Origin: an uncultured Flammeovirgaceae bacterium
GTDB taxonomy: Bacteria > Bacteroidota > Bacteroidia > Cytophagales > MED-G16
Reading direction: 5' to 3'
DNA length: 64,000 nt
Assembly: GCA_913052485.1 (NCBI GenBank)
Contig: CAJXDN010000002.1
Coordinates: 82,031 to 146,030, forward strand
Part shown: piece by piece, positions 32,472 through 42,554 of the stretch
Numbering within the stretch: the first letter of the stretch is position 1
Layout: each line of letters opens with the position of its first letter
Notes under the pieces: generated by a model
Database searches by the model: none
What the model saw: only the letters and a program-made list of their open reading frames with translations
Told to the model about the DNA's origin: nothing
Program-made: the position numbers and the translations under genes

Positions 32472-33647
32472 ATGAAAAACTTCAAATTATCGGTGATGAT
32501 GTTTCTCCAATATTTTATTTGGGGGGCATGGTATGTTACCGCCGGAACTTACATGGCAAAGATTTTAAATTCTTCTGGTGAGGAGATAGGATCGGCATAC
32601 AGTGCATTTGCTATTGCTGCAATATTTTCTCCATTCTTTGTAGGTTCAATTGCAGACAGATATTTTTCTGCTCAAAAGGCTATGGGTGCCCTTCACATAG
32701 TTGGTGGCTTGTTATTAATTTATGCAACTGAGATCTCATCATCATTTTTATTTATTGTAACTGTTCTAATATACTCCTTAATGTATATGCCAACTGTTGC
32801 ATTATCAAATAATATAGTGTTTGCAAACGTGAGTGATTCAGGAAAGACGTTTCCAGTAATTAGATTTTTTGGTACTTTTGGCTGGATTGTTGCGGGATTC
32901 ATAATAGGAAATCTACAGCTAGAAAATAATGTAACAAGTATAGCATATACTTTTTATATAGCAGCTGGCGCATCAATTGTTCTTGGTCTCTTTTCATTTT
33001 CGTTACCTAATGTTCCACCTAAAGGAAAGAGTGACGGCTCACCACTGGGTCTAGAAGGTCTAGTCTTATTAAAAGATAAATCGTATCTGATATTTTTTAT
33101 ATCAGCTGTCTTGATTTGCATACCCCTCTCCTTCTACTACTCCTTTGCGAATGTTTTTTTAAATGACATGGGAATGGAAGGTGCAGCAGGTAAAATGATA
33201 TATGGTCAGATATCAGAAGCAATATTTATTCTCGCTATCCCATTTCTTTATTACAGATTGGGTGTAAAGAATATTTTGATTATTGGTATTGCCGCATGGT
33301 CACTAAGATTTTTCTTCTTTGCTAATGGCGACCTTGAAGCGTATTACTGGATGATAATCTCTGGTATTTTACTTCATGGAATATGTTACGATTTCTTCTT
33401 TGTAACTGGCTATATGTATACAGAAAATAAGGCTGGTGATAAAATTAAAAATGCTGCACAAGGATTATTTACTGTGGCTACATATGGTATTGGTATGACT
33501 ATTGGTTCTTGGTTTTCAGGAATTGTCACTGACAACAATACAATTGAGGGAATTAAAAACTGGGGAGATATTTGGATGGTTCCTGCTTATATTTCTGGAG
33601 CAGTCTTATTATTTTTAGTTGTATTCTTTAAAGAAAAAAATAAATAA
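32472..33647 (+). CDS. MFS transporter of the nucleoside:H+ symporter (NupG/XapB/YegT) family
   Basis: Clear similarity to E. coli NupG at the N-terminus (FLQYFIWGAWYVTAGTYM) and in the mid-region (GQISEAIFILAIPFLYYRLGVKNILIIGIAAWSLRFFFFANGD). Confidence 0.85.
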   Translation: MKNFKLSVMMFLQYFIWGAWYVTAGTYMAKILNSSGEEIGSAYSAFAIAAIFSPFFVGSIADRYFSAQKAMGALHIVGGLLLIYATEISSSFLFIVTVLIYSLMYMPTVALSNNIVFANVSDSGKTFPVIRFFGTFGWIVAGFIIGNLQLENNVTSIAYTFYIAAGASIVLGLFSFSLPNVPPKGKSDGSPLGLEGLVLLKDKSYLIFFISAVLICIPLSFYYSFANVFLNDMGMEGAAGKMIYGQISEAIFILAIPFLYYRLGVKNILIIGIAAWSLRFFFFANGDLEAYYWMIISGILLHGICYDFFFVTGYMYTENKAGDKIKNAAQGLFTVATYGIGMTIGSWFSGIVTDNNTIEGIKNWGDIWMVPAYISGAVLLFLVVFFKEKNK

Positions 33648-33650
33648 ACT

Positions 33651-34847
33651 ATGCAAAAAATTTCAATGTTAGGTTCAGGTTTCATCGGTAGATTCTATAC
33701 CGACTCATTACACGGGTATAGAAATAAAGACCGTGTAATTTCAATTTATTCTCGAAGAGAAGAAAGTGCAAAAAAGTTTGCAGATGATTACAGTGTCCCA
33801 CATTGGACAACTGATATGGAGGAATCTATTTCCCATAAAGACGTGGACGTTGTATGTATATCTCTTCCAAATAACTTACACGAGGAAGCTGTTCACCTAT
33901 GTTGTAAACATAATAAAGCAGTAATATGTACTAAACCACTTGGAAGGACAGCTGAAGAAGCAAAGAGGATGGTAGAAGCAGTAGAGAAAGCTGGTATTTT
34001 TGCAGGTTATCTTGAAGACCTTTGCTATACACCAAAATTTTTAAAAGCTTTAGAAAGCGTGAAGTCTGGGAGCCTGGGTCAAATAATATGGACTAAATCT
34101 AGAGAAACTCATCCTGGGCCTCACAGTGAATGGTTTTGGGATAAAGAGCAGGCAGGTGGTGGATGTATTTTAGATCTAGGGTGCCATTGTATTGAAATAA
34201 GTAGAAATTACATTGGTAAGGATATAAAGCCAGTAGAAGTGATGTGCTGGGGGGATACTCAGGTGAAACCAATTGATGCTGAGGATCATGCAATTGGTCT
34301 TGTAAAGTATGAAAATGGGGCCATTGGACAATTTGAGGTGAGTTGGACTTTCAGGGGAGGGCTAGATCTGAGAGATGAAGTTATGGGTACTGAGGGTACA
34401 ATTTGGGTTAATTCATTTCTAAGAACAGGATTTGAAATGTTTACAACAGGTAAAGGAAGTGATTATGTAGCTGAGAAAGCTGAATCAGATTCGGGATGGA
34501 TCTTTCCAGTAGGTGATGAACTTAATGAGTTAGGTTATAACCATATGTTCGCAAATATGTTTGATTCGTTAGAAAAAGGAGACAATCCATCGGAGACATT
34601 TTATGATGGATACATAGTTAATGCAATAATTGATGCTTCTTACAAGTCAATAAAATCAAAAAAATGGGAAAAAATAAATTTAGATATTTGGAGAGGTAAA
34701 GAGAGAGTTGATAAAATAAGTACGCTTGAAAGTTATGATGATAAATTTTATCTGGTCAAAGAGGAAATGACTCACTACGGAGATAAAAAGCTAATTCTTA
34801 AAGGAAAGAAGGATGGTAAGATAATTGAGAAAATAGTTAAAGAATAG
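33651..34847 (+). CDS. Gfo/Idh/MocA-family oxidoreductase, cytoplasmic
   Basis: N-terminal Rossmann fold ISMLGSGFIGRFY, then EKPL-like CTKPLGRT. No signal peptide; 398 aa. Confidence 0.85.
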   Translation: MQKISMLGSGFIGRFYTDSLHGYRNKDRVISIYSRREESAKKFADDYSVPHWTTDMEESISHKDVDVVCISLPNNLHEEAVHLCCKHNKAVICTKPLGRTAEEAKRMVEAVEKAGIFAGYLEDLCYTPKFLKALESVKSGSLGQIIWTKSRETHPGPHSEWFWDKEQAGGGCILDLGCHCIEISRNYIGKDIKPVEVMCWGDTQVKPIDAEDHAIGLVKYENGAIGQFEVSWTFRGGLDLRDEVMGTEGTIWVNSFLRTGFEMFTTGKGSDYVAEKAESDSGWIFPVGDELNELGYNHMFANMFDSLEKGDNPSETFYDGYIVNAIIDASYKSIKSKKWEKINLDIWRGKERVDKISTLESYDDKFYLVKEEMTHYGDKKLILKGKKDGKIIEKIVKE

Positions 34848-36084
34848 ACCTTCTCCTCAATATAATTTTACTAGAAGCATTCTCCTTATTCATTTTTTCT
34901 AAGGACGAAAGTCTCACACCAAATAGTTGAGATATCTCCCATAATGATTGATCCTCTCTCCTCACGTATAACTGTACTCTCCCCTTTTTCCTCTTTTTAG
35001 TTAAATAATATGGAGTTCCAGGAGTTAATTCATGGTTACCTTTAATATCATTAAATACTAAAAAGTTCTTCTTTGGAACTTTGTACAATTTTATTATATC
35101 GTTGATCTTATCGCCTGAGTCTGCAATAAAGGCAGGTAGCCCATTTAATAAAATCTTTTTCTTTTGAATTACTTCCGAAACCTTGATATCAATAGGTGAA
35201 AAAAAGTTTTCGTAAGGTTCAGGGTTAAGACTATATGATTTTTTAATAGATGAAGATCTTTTAAATACATTTTCTCTACTGTCTGGTATAAGGAAGGAAA
35301 AAACTTTATTATTTGGAATTCTATCTGAAGATATCCATGAATTAATTGAAATTAATTCCTTCTCATCAATTGATAGGCTTCTAGATAAGTCCTTCAAAGA
35401 ATTAAAAGTTTCATTTTCATAAACTGTAAAGTTTCTGTTATAATTAGATTTGACTATAAAATCTTCAAATGCAATTTTATAGCCTAAAAATTTAATTATG
35501 TACCAGTGAGTATTCTTATCTATTATCATTCTCTTTGATCCATAAAGTTGAGGATCAACTAGAGCCTTTGCTCCACTTAGTCCTTGATAATATGAAAAAA
35601 TTGAAAAGATCCAATTTTCAAAAAGATAATTACTGTTCTTGATATATTTAGAAGCTGCTCTTGTTGAAGATATAATATTTTTCCTTTCATCAACTTTATC
35701 ATCAATAGTCAAACCATAATCTTCTGCTGTCTCTTTCTTAAACTGCCAGAAGCCCACTGCATTAGAAGATGATACAGCATCTGAAATTAAAGCACTTTCC
35801 TGGAGTGCTAAATATTTTAAGTCATCAGGCATTTCCTCTTCTTCAAGGATGTTCTCAATTATTGGAAAATAAATATTTATTCTATCGATAAATATTTGAA
35901 AATACTTTTCATTTAAATGAATTACATCTACTTCATTTTGGATAATAGGGATGATTTCATCTGAGATATTCAGTACCATGTTATCAACTCTAATTTTTTG
36001 TGGAACTTTTGGAGAGTTTTGAGAAAATGATTCTGAAAAAAATAAGTTACATACTAAAAAAAAGTAAAGACAATTAATTCTCAT
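34837..36084 (-). CDS. lytic transglycosylase (SLT domain) with C-terminal LysM repeats, MltD-like
   Basis: Signal peptide. SLT catalytic region LALQESALISDAVSSSNAVGFWQF. LysM-like repeats near the C-terminus (e.g. YVRREDQSLWEISQLFGVRLSSLEKMN). Confidence 0.8.
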   Translation of the reverse strand: MRINCLYFFLVCNLFFSESFSQNSPKVPQKIRVDNMVLNISDEIIPIIQNEVDVIHLNEKYFQIFIDRINIYFPIIENILEEEEMPDDLKYLALQESALISDAVSSSNAVGFWQFKKETAEDYGLTIDDKVDERKNIISSTRAASKYIKNSNYLFENWIFSIFSYYQGLSGAKALVDPQLYGSKRMIIDKNTHWYIIKFLGYKIAFEDFIVKSNYNRNFTVYENETFNSLKDLSRSLSIDEKELISINSWISSDRIPNNKVFSFLIPDSRENVFKRSSSIKKSYSLNPEPYENFFSPIDIKVSEVIQKKKILLNGLPAFIADSGDKINDIIKLYKVPKKNFLVFNDIKGNHELTPGTPYYLTKKRKKGRVQLYVRREDQSLWEISQLFGVRLSSLEKMNKENASSKIILRRRSIL

Positions 36085-36733
36085 TCTTAATAATAATTGT
36101 TAGTCCATCTCTGACAGGCAGTATCAACTTGGATACTTTTTTATTGTTTTTAATATACTCATTAAATTCATTCATGTATACGGTTATCTTGTCATTATGA
36201 TTCTTTTCAAGATCCGTTACCTTACTATTCCAAAGAACATTATCAACGATTATTACTCCTCCCACATTTAAAATATCAAATACTTGATTAAAGTAATTTT
36301 TATAATTTTTTTTATCTGCATCAATAAAGACTAGGTCAAACTTTAATTTAATCTCTGGAATTAGATTTAACGCCTCACCAATTTTTCGATCTATTTGGTG
36401 TGAATACTTAGACCTACTAAAAAAATCACCTACAATACTGTGTAGGCTTTTGTCCTTATCAATTGTGATCAATTTGCCATCAGTGGATAAACCCTCAGCA
36501 AGACATAATGCGGAGTAGCCTGTATATGTTCCTATCTCTAAAATATTTTTTGGCTTCTTAATTTGAGATATAAAACTCAGAATCCTACCTTGTAGATGGC
36601 CGGATAACATTCTTGGCTGATGAATATTTCGAAAAGTATATTCATTGATTTCTTTGAGGAGAGGAGGTTCTTTGTCAGATAAAGCTTCAACATATTTCTC
36701 GATATTTTTATCAACAAAATCCATAATAGGCAA
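36074..36733 (-). CDS. class I SAM-dependent O-methyltransferase (caffeoyl-CoA OMT / YrrM-TrmR-like family)
   Basis: ILEIGTYTGYSALCLA SAM motif and FDLVFIDADKKNY. Bacillus TrmR (ho5U methylation) belongs to this family, and trhO is also present in this window. Confidence 0.75.
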   Translation of the reverse strand: MPIMDFVDKNIEKYVEALSDKEPPLLKEINEYTFRNIHQPRMLSGHLQGRILSFISQIKKPKNILEIGTYTGYSALCLAEGLSTDGKLITIDKDKSLHSIVGDFFSRSKYSHQIDRKIGEALNLIPEIKLKFDLVFIDADKKNYKNYFNQVFDILNVGGVIIVDNVLWNSKVTDLEKNHNDKITVYMNEFNEYIKNNKKVSKLILPVRDGLTIIIKNEN

Positions 36734-36781
36734 ATTAAAAATTTATTAACAATTAATGTATCTTTAAGACAAAATATACCG

Positions 36782-38071
36782 ATGAGATACGAAATAATTG
36801 ATAACTCTCTTTTCATTAATAATAGAAAAAACTTTTTAGATAAAGTTGATAAAAATTCTGCATCAGTATTTATCTCTAATGAATTCATGCCAACAAATGC
36901 GGATGAGACATTACACTTTGTTCAAAATACTAACCTTTTATATCTGACAGGGATTGATCAAGAAGATACATTTTTAATTTTAGCTCCAAATTTTCCTGAT
37001 AAGAAGATGAGAGAGATTTTATTTATAAAAGAAACCAGTGAAGAAATAGCTAATTGGGAGGGGAATAAGTTTACAAAAGAAGAAGCAAGAAAAATATCTG
37101 GAATTGAGACAATTATGTGGAACAATAATTTCAAAAATGTTTTAGATCTAATATTAGCTCAGACAGAAAGTATTTATTTAGAAAAGAATGAACATATAAG
37201 ATCAAGTACTAAAATTGAAACACCACAAGATAGATTCCTAAATGAAATTAAAATATCTTATCCAACTTATAAAATTAATAGGTCTTACCCTATTCTAAGT
37301 GATTTAAGAATGATTAAAAATGATACTGAGGTTGACTTAATTCAAAAAGCTTGTGATATAACAGAGAAAGGATTTAGGAGAGTTCTAAATTATATTAAAC
37401 CAAACATATGGGAATACGATATTGAAGCAGAGTTAATTCACGAGTTCATAAAGAATAAATCTAAGGGCTTTGCTTATCAACCAATAATTGCATCGGGAAT
37501 AAATGCATGTTCTCTTCATTATAACACAAATAATTCTCTATGTAAATCTGGAGATCTTATCCTGATGGATATTGCAGCTGAATATTCAAATTATAAGTCT
37601 GACATGACAAGGACTATACCAGTTGATGGAAAATTTACAAAAAGACAGTTAGAAATATATAATGCTGTTCTAAATGTTAAAAATAAAGCTACTAATATCC
37701 TAAGACCAAGTATAACTATTAATGAATATCATAAAGAAGTTGGTAAAATTATGGAGAGTGAATTAATAGAAATAAAGTTGCTCGATAAACATGATGTAAA
37801 AAAACAGAATCCTAAAAATCCTTTATTCAAAAAATATTTTATGCATGGGACTTCACATCATCTTGGTTTAGATGTACATGATGTTGGTAACTTCTATGTT
37901 GACTTATGTCCAGGAAATGTGTTTACTGTCGAACCAGGAATTTATATTAGGGAAGAAAGCTTAGGTGTTAGGCTCGAAGATAATATTCTTGTTGGAGAAG
38001 ACAAAAACTATAATTTGATGAAAAATATTCCTATCCTTCCTGAGGAGATAGAGGATATAATGAATAATTAG
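36782..38071 (+). CDS. pepP: Xaa-Pro aminopeptidase (M24B)
   Basis: N-terminal creatinase/AMP_N-like domain. M24 metal ligands lie in the patterns DIAAEY..Y.SD.TRT, HGTSHHLGLDVHD, EPG.Y and RLED. Confidence 0.85.
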   Translation: MRYEIIDNSLFINNRKNFLDKVDKNSASVFISNEFMPTNADETLHFVQNTNLLYLTGIDQEDTFLILAPNFPDKKMREILFIKETSEEIANWEGNKFTKEEARKISGIETIMWNNNFKNVLDLILAQTESIYLEKNEHIRSSTKIETPQDRFLNEIKISYPTYKINRSYPILSDLRMIKNDTEVDLIQKACDITEKGFRRVLNYIKPNIWEYDIEAELIHEFIKNKSKGFAYQPIIASGINACSLHYNTNNSLCKSGDLILMDIAAEYSNYKSDMTRTIPVDGKFTKRQLEIYNAVLNVKNKATNILRPSITINEYHKEVGKIMESELIEIKLLDKHDVKKQNPKNPLFKKYFMHGTSHHLGLDVHDVGNFYVDLCPGNVFTVEPGIYIREESLGVRLEDNILVGEDKNYNLMKNIPILPEEIEDIMNN

Positions 38072-38078
38072 AAGAGGA

Positions 38079-38915
38079 TTATCCTATTGAAACTCTAAGA
38101 AACTTATCAACAGTCAATTCAGTAGAAAATGTTCCTAGGTAAGACTCGATTGTCATTGAATTATCTTTGACAAATGGTTGGCTTAGAAGAGTGTTATCCT
38201 TGAAGAACTTTTGGAGCTTACCTTGAGCAATTTTCTCAACGATATTTTCTGGTTTACCTTCTTTAAGAGCTTGCTCTTTCCCAATTTCTATTTCTTTATC
38301 TATCACAGTTTGGTCAACACCATCTTTATTTAGTGCAATGGGATTCATTGCAGCGATCTGCATTGCTACATCTTTACCAGCTTCAACATAATCTACAGAA
38401 GATGTATTTACCAAGGAAACTAAAACTCCTAACTTATTTCCAGCATGAATATAAGGTACAATTTTTTCTCCTTCTAAAGATTGGTATTCTCTAATCTCAA
38501 TTTTTTCACCAATCTTACCAATTAAATTGACGATTTCTTGTTTGATAGTAGAGGAACCAAAACTAGAAGATAAAATCTCTTCGACTGATGATAAATTATT
38601 ATCAAATGCAGTATCTAATATCTTAGAAGCTAATTCTTGAAAATCTTCATTTTTAGCTACAAAATCGGTTTCACAAGTAAATGATAATATAGATGCATTA
38701 TCCTCATTGGGACTTAATTTATAAATCACAACACCTTCAGATGTTTCTCTGTTTGATCTTGCTGCAGATACTTTTTGTCCCTTCTTTCTTAATACATCTA
38801 TTGCTTTATCAAAGTCACCTCCAGCCTCAACCAGTGCTTTCTTACAGTCCATCATCCCTGACCCTGTCTTTAGCCTTAACTCATTAACTTCTTTTGCAGA
38901 AATACTTACTGACAT
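38079..38915 (-). CDS. tsf: translation elongation factor Ts
   Basis: The UBA-like N-terminus VNELRLKTGSGMMDCKKAL and the dimerisation core. It lies downstream of rpsB. Confidence 0.95.
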   Translation of the reverse strand: MSVSISAKEVNELRLKTGSGMMDCKKALVEAGGDFDKAIDVLRKKGQKVSAARSNRETSEGVVIYKLSPNEDNASILSFTCETDFVAKNEDFQELASKILDTAFDNNLSSVEEILSSSFGSSTIKQEIVNLIGKIGEKIEIREYQSLEGEKIVPYIHAGNKLGVLVSLVNTSSVDYVEAGKDVAMQIAAMNPIALNKDGVDQTVIDKEIEIGKEQALKEGKPENIVEKIAQGKLQKFFKDNTLLSQPFVKDNSMTIESYLGTFSTELTVDKFLRVSIG

Positions 38916-38927
38916 AGTACTTAATAA

Positions 38928-39737
38928 TTACTTCGTTACTTGTTTTTTAGCTTCCTTTGCCTTCTTCTCAGCTTCTTTTTTTTCCTTAGCTTCCTTCTCA
39001 GATGCTTCTTTCTCCTGTTTAATCCTAATTTCTTCTTTAATCTTCTCTCTCTCTTTGAGGCCCTCTGCTATTGCCGCAGATATGTAATCCATGATTGTAG
39101 CAACAGAGGTGAAAGAGTCATCGTTAGATGGTATCTCAAAATCAATTTGGTTAGGATCAGAATTTGTGTCGACCATACCATATACTGGTATATTTAATTT
39201 CTTTGCCTCCTGAATAGCAATTTCTTCATGCTTGATGTCTACAACAAATAAGGCCGCAGGAATTCTATTTAATGTTGAGATCCCGCCAAGAGCTCTCTCA
39301 AGTTTATCCTTATCTCTGGAAATCATTAATCTTTCCTTTTTAGAAAAGTCTTGGGTAAATGAATCCTGACTCTGCATATTTTCAATAGAAGACAGCTTTT
39401 TCAAAGATTTTCTAATAGTTGAAAAATTAGTCAACATACCACCCAACCATCGTTCTGTTACATATGGCATGTTTAATTCCTTAGCCTTCTCCGATACATA
39501 GGTTTTAGCCTGCTTTTTTGTAGCAACAAACATAATTTTTCTACCAGATTTTGCAATATTTTGAAGTGATGAGGCAGCAGTAAAAGCACAATCAATTGTT
39601 TTATGAAGATCAATTATGTGAATACCATTATTTTCCATGAATATATATTCAGACATCTTTGGATTCCACTTCCTAGTAAGATGCCCAAAATGTACACCGG
39701 CTTTTAATAAATCTTTATGTTCTAATTTTTTAATCAT
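38928..39737 (-). CDS. rpsB: 30S ribosomal protein S2 (with Lys/Glu-rich C-terminal tail)
   Basis: LLKAGVHFGH, and WLGGMLTNF.TI. Confidence 0.97.
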   Translation of the reverse strand: MIKKLEHKDLLKAGVHFGHLTRKWNPKMSEYIFMENNGIHIIDLHKTIDCAFTAASSLQNIAKSGRKIMFVATKKQAKTYVSEKAKELNMPYVTERWLGGMLTNFSTIRKSLKKLSSIENMQSQDSFTQDFSKKERLMISRDKDKLERALGGISTLNRIPAALFVVDIKHEEIAIQEAKKLNIPVYGMVDTNSDPNQIDFEIPSNDDSFTSVATIMDYISAAIAEGLKEREKIKEEIRIKQEKEASEKEAKEKKEAEKKAKEAKKQVTK

Positions 39738-39745
39738 ATTATATT

Positions 39746-40132
39746 TTATCTCTTAACCCACTGGAATGCTCTTCTTGCTTTTCTTCTACCATATTTCTTT
39801 CTTTCGACCATCCTTGGATCTCTTGTTAGGAAACCTTCTTTCTTTAAAACCGGCCTAGTTTCATCATTATTTTTTACTAGAGCTCGTGCCACAGCAAGTC
39901 TAACAGCCTCCGCTTGACCTTTGAGTCCACCACCGTGGAGGTTGACTTTAAAATCAAAGTTTTTCAGACTATCAACAAGTTTTAGAGGTTGCTCAACAAT
40001 TAGCCTTAATAGCTCTGATGCAAAATATTTATCAAGTTTTTTTCCATTAATTGTGAAATTACCTTTCCCTGGTTTCATGTAGAGCCTTGCAACTGATGTT
40101 TTTCTTCTCCCGACAGTATTAATATATTCCAT
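39746..40132 (-). CDS. rpsI: 30S ribosomal protein S9
   Basis: GRRK.SVARV pattern and C-terminal RDPRMVERKKYG..KARR.FQ..KR. Confidence 0.97.
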   Translation of the reverse strand: MEYINTVGRRKTSVARLYMKPGKGNFTINGKKLDKYFASELLRLIVEQPLKLVDSLKNFDFKVNLHGGGLKGQAEAVRLAVARALVKNNDETRPVLKKEGFLTRDPRMVERKKYGRRKARRAFQWVKR

Positions 40133-40133
40133 G

Positions 40134-40580
40134 TTAAATATTTAATTCTTTTGGTTTTTGACCCTCATGAGGATGATCAGAATTTTCATAAACGAATAAA
40201 TTTCGGAATAACTGCCTACCTAATCTATTTTTAGGAAGCATACCCCGTACAGCTTTTTCAATGATGAACGTCGAGGATTTCTTTTCTTTTAAATCAAGTG
40301 GATTAATTATTTTTTGACCACCTGGATATCCACTATGAGAAACGTACTGTTTTTCTCTCCACTTTTTCCCAGTCATTTTAATGCCATCCGAATTGATTAC
40401 AACAACATAATCTCCACAATCCATGTGTGGTGTGAAAGATGCTTTATTTTTACCTCTTAAGATTTTTGCTACTTCTGAAGTGAATCTTCCTAAAGTTTTT
40501 CCATCAGCATTTACAACAAACCAATTCTTCTGAATTGACTCTTTTTTGAGGTATTTTGTTTTATAACTGTTTGAATCCAT
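40134..40580 (-). CDS. rplM: 50S ribosomal protein L13
   Basis: W.VV.A....LGR..S.VA..LRGK.K..FTPH.D.GD.VVVIN pattern. Confidence 0.97.
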   Translation of the reverse strand: MDSNSYKTKYLKKESIQKNWFVVNADGKTLGRFTSEVAKILRGKNKASFTPHMDCGDYVVVINSDGIKMTGKKWREKQYVSHSGYPGGQKIINPLDLKEKKSSTFIIEKAVRGMLPKNRLGRQLFRNLFVYENSDHPHEGQKPKELNI

Positions 40581-40598
40581 TTGCTTCTAAAAAGTGAG

Positions 40599-40630
40599 CA
40601 AAAATAGATTTATTAATAAATAAAAACAAT
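40599..40630 (-). promoter_or_regulatory. candidate promoter of the rplM-rpsI-rpsB-tsf operon (-33 TTG, 20-nt spacer, -7 TATTTTTG)
   Basis: The minus strand has TTG at 40629..40627 and TATTTTTG at 40606..40599. The rplM ATG follows 19 nt downstream. This matches the Bacteroidetes sigma-A consensus TTG/TAnnTTTG. Confidence 0.45.
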
Positions 40631-40646
40631 ATTTATTAAGTAAATA

Positions 40647-41747
40647 TTATATCATTTCTACCTTATTCTTTTTCAAGACTTTTCTGAGAGATTTTCTTCT
40701 TTTAGAAGATTTGGGAGCAAGTTTTAAATTAAATGAAAAAATTGAACCTTTATCAACCTTAGATTTTAATTTAATTTTTGTTCTGTGGCCTTCAATTATG
40801 TGCTTAACAATAGCAAGTCCTAAACCAGTACCTCCCTTTTGTTTAGATCTACTTTTGTCTATTCTATAAAACCTTTCAAATATTCTTCTTCTATGATTTT
40901 TAGGAATTCCTTTCCCTTGATCAATTACCTTAAGATTTATTACTTTTTTTCTTTTCTCACAAGAAATGGTAATCTTAGAATTCTCATCAGAATATTTTAT
41001 GCTATTTGAAATTAGGTTCTTTAGAACCTGAAATATTCTGTAGTAATCAGCAATAACAATTACAGACTTAGAATCTGATAACTCAGGTTTAAGACTTATT
41101 TCCTTAGTTTTTGCAAGTGGCTCTAACTGTTCAATAGTCTCAGTGACAAGAGCGATAACATCAAAGGCCTCCATTTTCATTTTAATTTCTCCAGATTCCA
41201 TTTGAGATATTGTTAGAAGATCTCTAACTAGAATATCAAGATAATCTAAGCTCTTGGCTGCCTTACTCAAAAATTTTTTTCTGATTTTATCATCGGCATC
41301 CATATTATCTAGTAGTGTATGGACAAAACCTTGTGCTGCAAAAATTGGAGTTTTAAGTTCGTGCGATACATCCTGTAAAAAATCTCTCCTAAATGCCTCT
41401 AACCTCTTTAGTTCGTCAATCTCAAGCTGTTTTAAACTTGCATAATTATAAATCTCATCGTTTATACCTCTTAATGGGTTTATATTTCTTAAAACAGAAG
41501 TATCAACCTGCACTCTTTCAAATTCTTGATTTCTAATTCTTTCAAAAGATTTATATATCTCTTTAATTTTCTTATCAAATAAATTTTCAGTAATGATCGC
41601 AAATAGAAGTGTCGAGGAAAAAATTGAAATAATTCCTGCAGTCAAAAGTTTCTCAGTATCATTAACACCTAGTAATAATGCAGTTGTTAATGATATAACT
41701 CCAACAATTATACCAAAAAGAATAGAGATAGATTGAGAGTTATTCAT
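40647..41747 (-). CDS. sensor histidine kinase with a minimal (two-TM, about 8-aa loop) sensing region
   Basis: H-box FLQDVSHELKTPIF, N box NLISNSIKYS, G boxes DQGKGIP and GGTGLGLAIVK. Two N-terminal TM helices are separated only by VNDTEKLL. Confidence 0.85.
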   Translation of the reverse strand: MNNSQSISILFGIIVGVISLTTALLLGVNDTEKLLTAGIISIFSSTLLFAIITENLFDKKIKEIYKSFERIRNQEFERVQVDTSVLRNINPLRGINDEIYNYASLKQLEIDELKRLEAFRRDFLQDVSHELKTPIFAAQGFVHTLLDNMDADDKIRKKFLSKAAKSLDYLDILVRDLLTISQMESGEIKMKMEAFDVIALVTETIEQLEPLAKTKEISLKPELSDSKSVIVIADYYRIFQVLKNLISNSIKYSDENSKITISCEKRKKVINLKVIDQGKGIPKNHRRRIFERFYRIDKSRSKQKGGTGLGLAIVKHIIEGHRTKIKLKSKVDKGSIFSFNLKLAPKSSKRRKSLRKVLKKNKVEMI

Positions 41748-41781
41748 AGATTAAAATTACTTTTAATATTTATAATTAAAA

Positions 41782-42465
41782 TTAATTTTTAAACTTATAT
41801 CCTACACCTTTTATCGTACTTATAAAATCTTGACCTAATTTTTCTCTTATTTTCCTGATATGAACATCTACTGTTCTTGCAACAACATGAACATCAGCAC
41901 CCCAAATATTTCTAAGTAAAGATTCTCTACTAAATACCTTTTTCGGATTAGTCGCCAAAAAGTGTAATAACTCAAACTCTTTTTTTGGGAAGAAAACTTC
42001 ATTTCCATCTACTTTGACAACATAACTATCTTTATTAATTGATAAGTTTTCAATTTCTATAAGATTCTTATTATTATCCACTGATGATTTTCTTTTATAG
42101 AATGAATTGATTCTACTTATTAAAGCTCTTGGTTTTATAGGTTTGGTAATATAATCATCACCTCCAGCATCAAAGGCAGCTACTTCAGAGTACTCCTCTA
42201 CTCTCGCGGTTAAGAATAAAATAAAGGTTGTCTGAAACTTTTCTATCTCTCTTAAATTACGACATGTTTCAATACCATCTATTTCAGGCATCATAATATC
42301 TATTAATATAAGGTCTGGATTATATTTAGAGGCTATCTCAAGACCTTCTTTACCCGAAGATGCAGTCTTTACTAAATATCCCTCAGATTCAAGGTTATAC
42401 TTAAGAAGTACTAAAATATCCTTCTCATCATCAATAGCAAGTATCTTAAATTCTGATTTTGGCAT
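41782..42465 (-). CDS. OmpR/PhoB-family response regulator
   Basis: Receiver domain (ILAIDDE...DLILIDIMMP...TAR) plus a winged-helix output domain (LT.KEFELLHFLA..P..VFSRE.LL..IWG). Confidence 0.9.
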   Translation of the reverse strand: MPKSEFKILAIDDEKDILVLLKYNLESEGYLVKTASSGKEGLEIASKYNPDLILIDIMMPEIDGIETCRNLREIEKFQTTFILFLTARVEEYSEVAAFDAGGDDYITKPIKPRALISRINSFYKRKSSVDNNKNLIEIENLSINKDSYVVKVDGNEVFFPKKEFELLHFLATNPKKVFSRESLLRNIWGADVHVVARTVDVHIRKIREKLGQDFISTIKGVGYKFKN

Positions 42466-42554
42466 ATTCGTAATTTAACCTGTATTAAAATAATTAATAT
42501 CAAAATTTAAACGAAATTTTAATTGTTAATTTTTTGATTAAATACAGTTAATTT

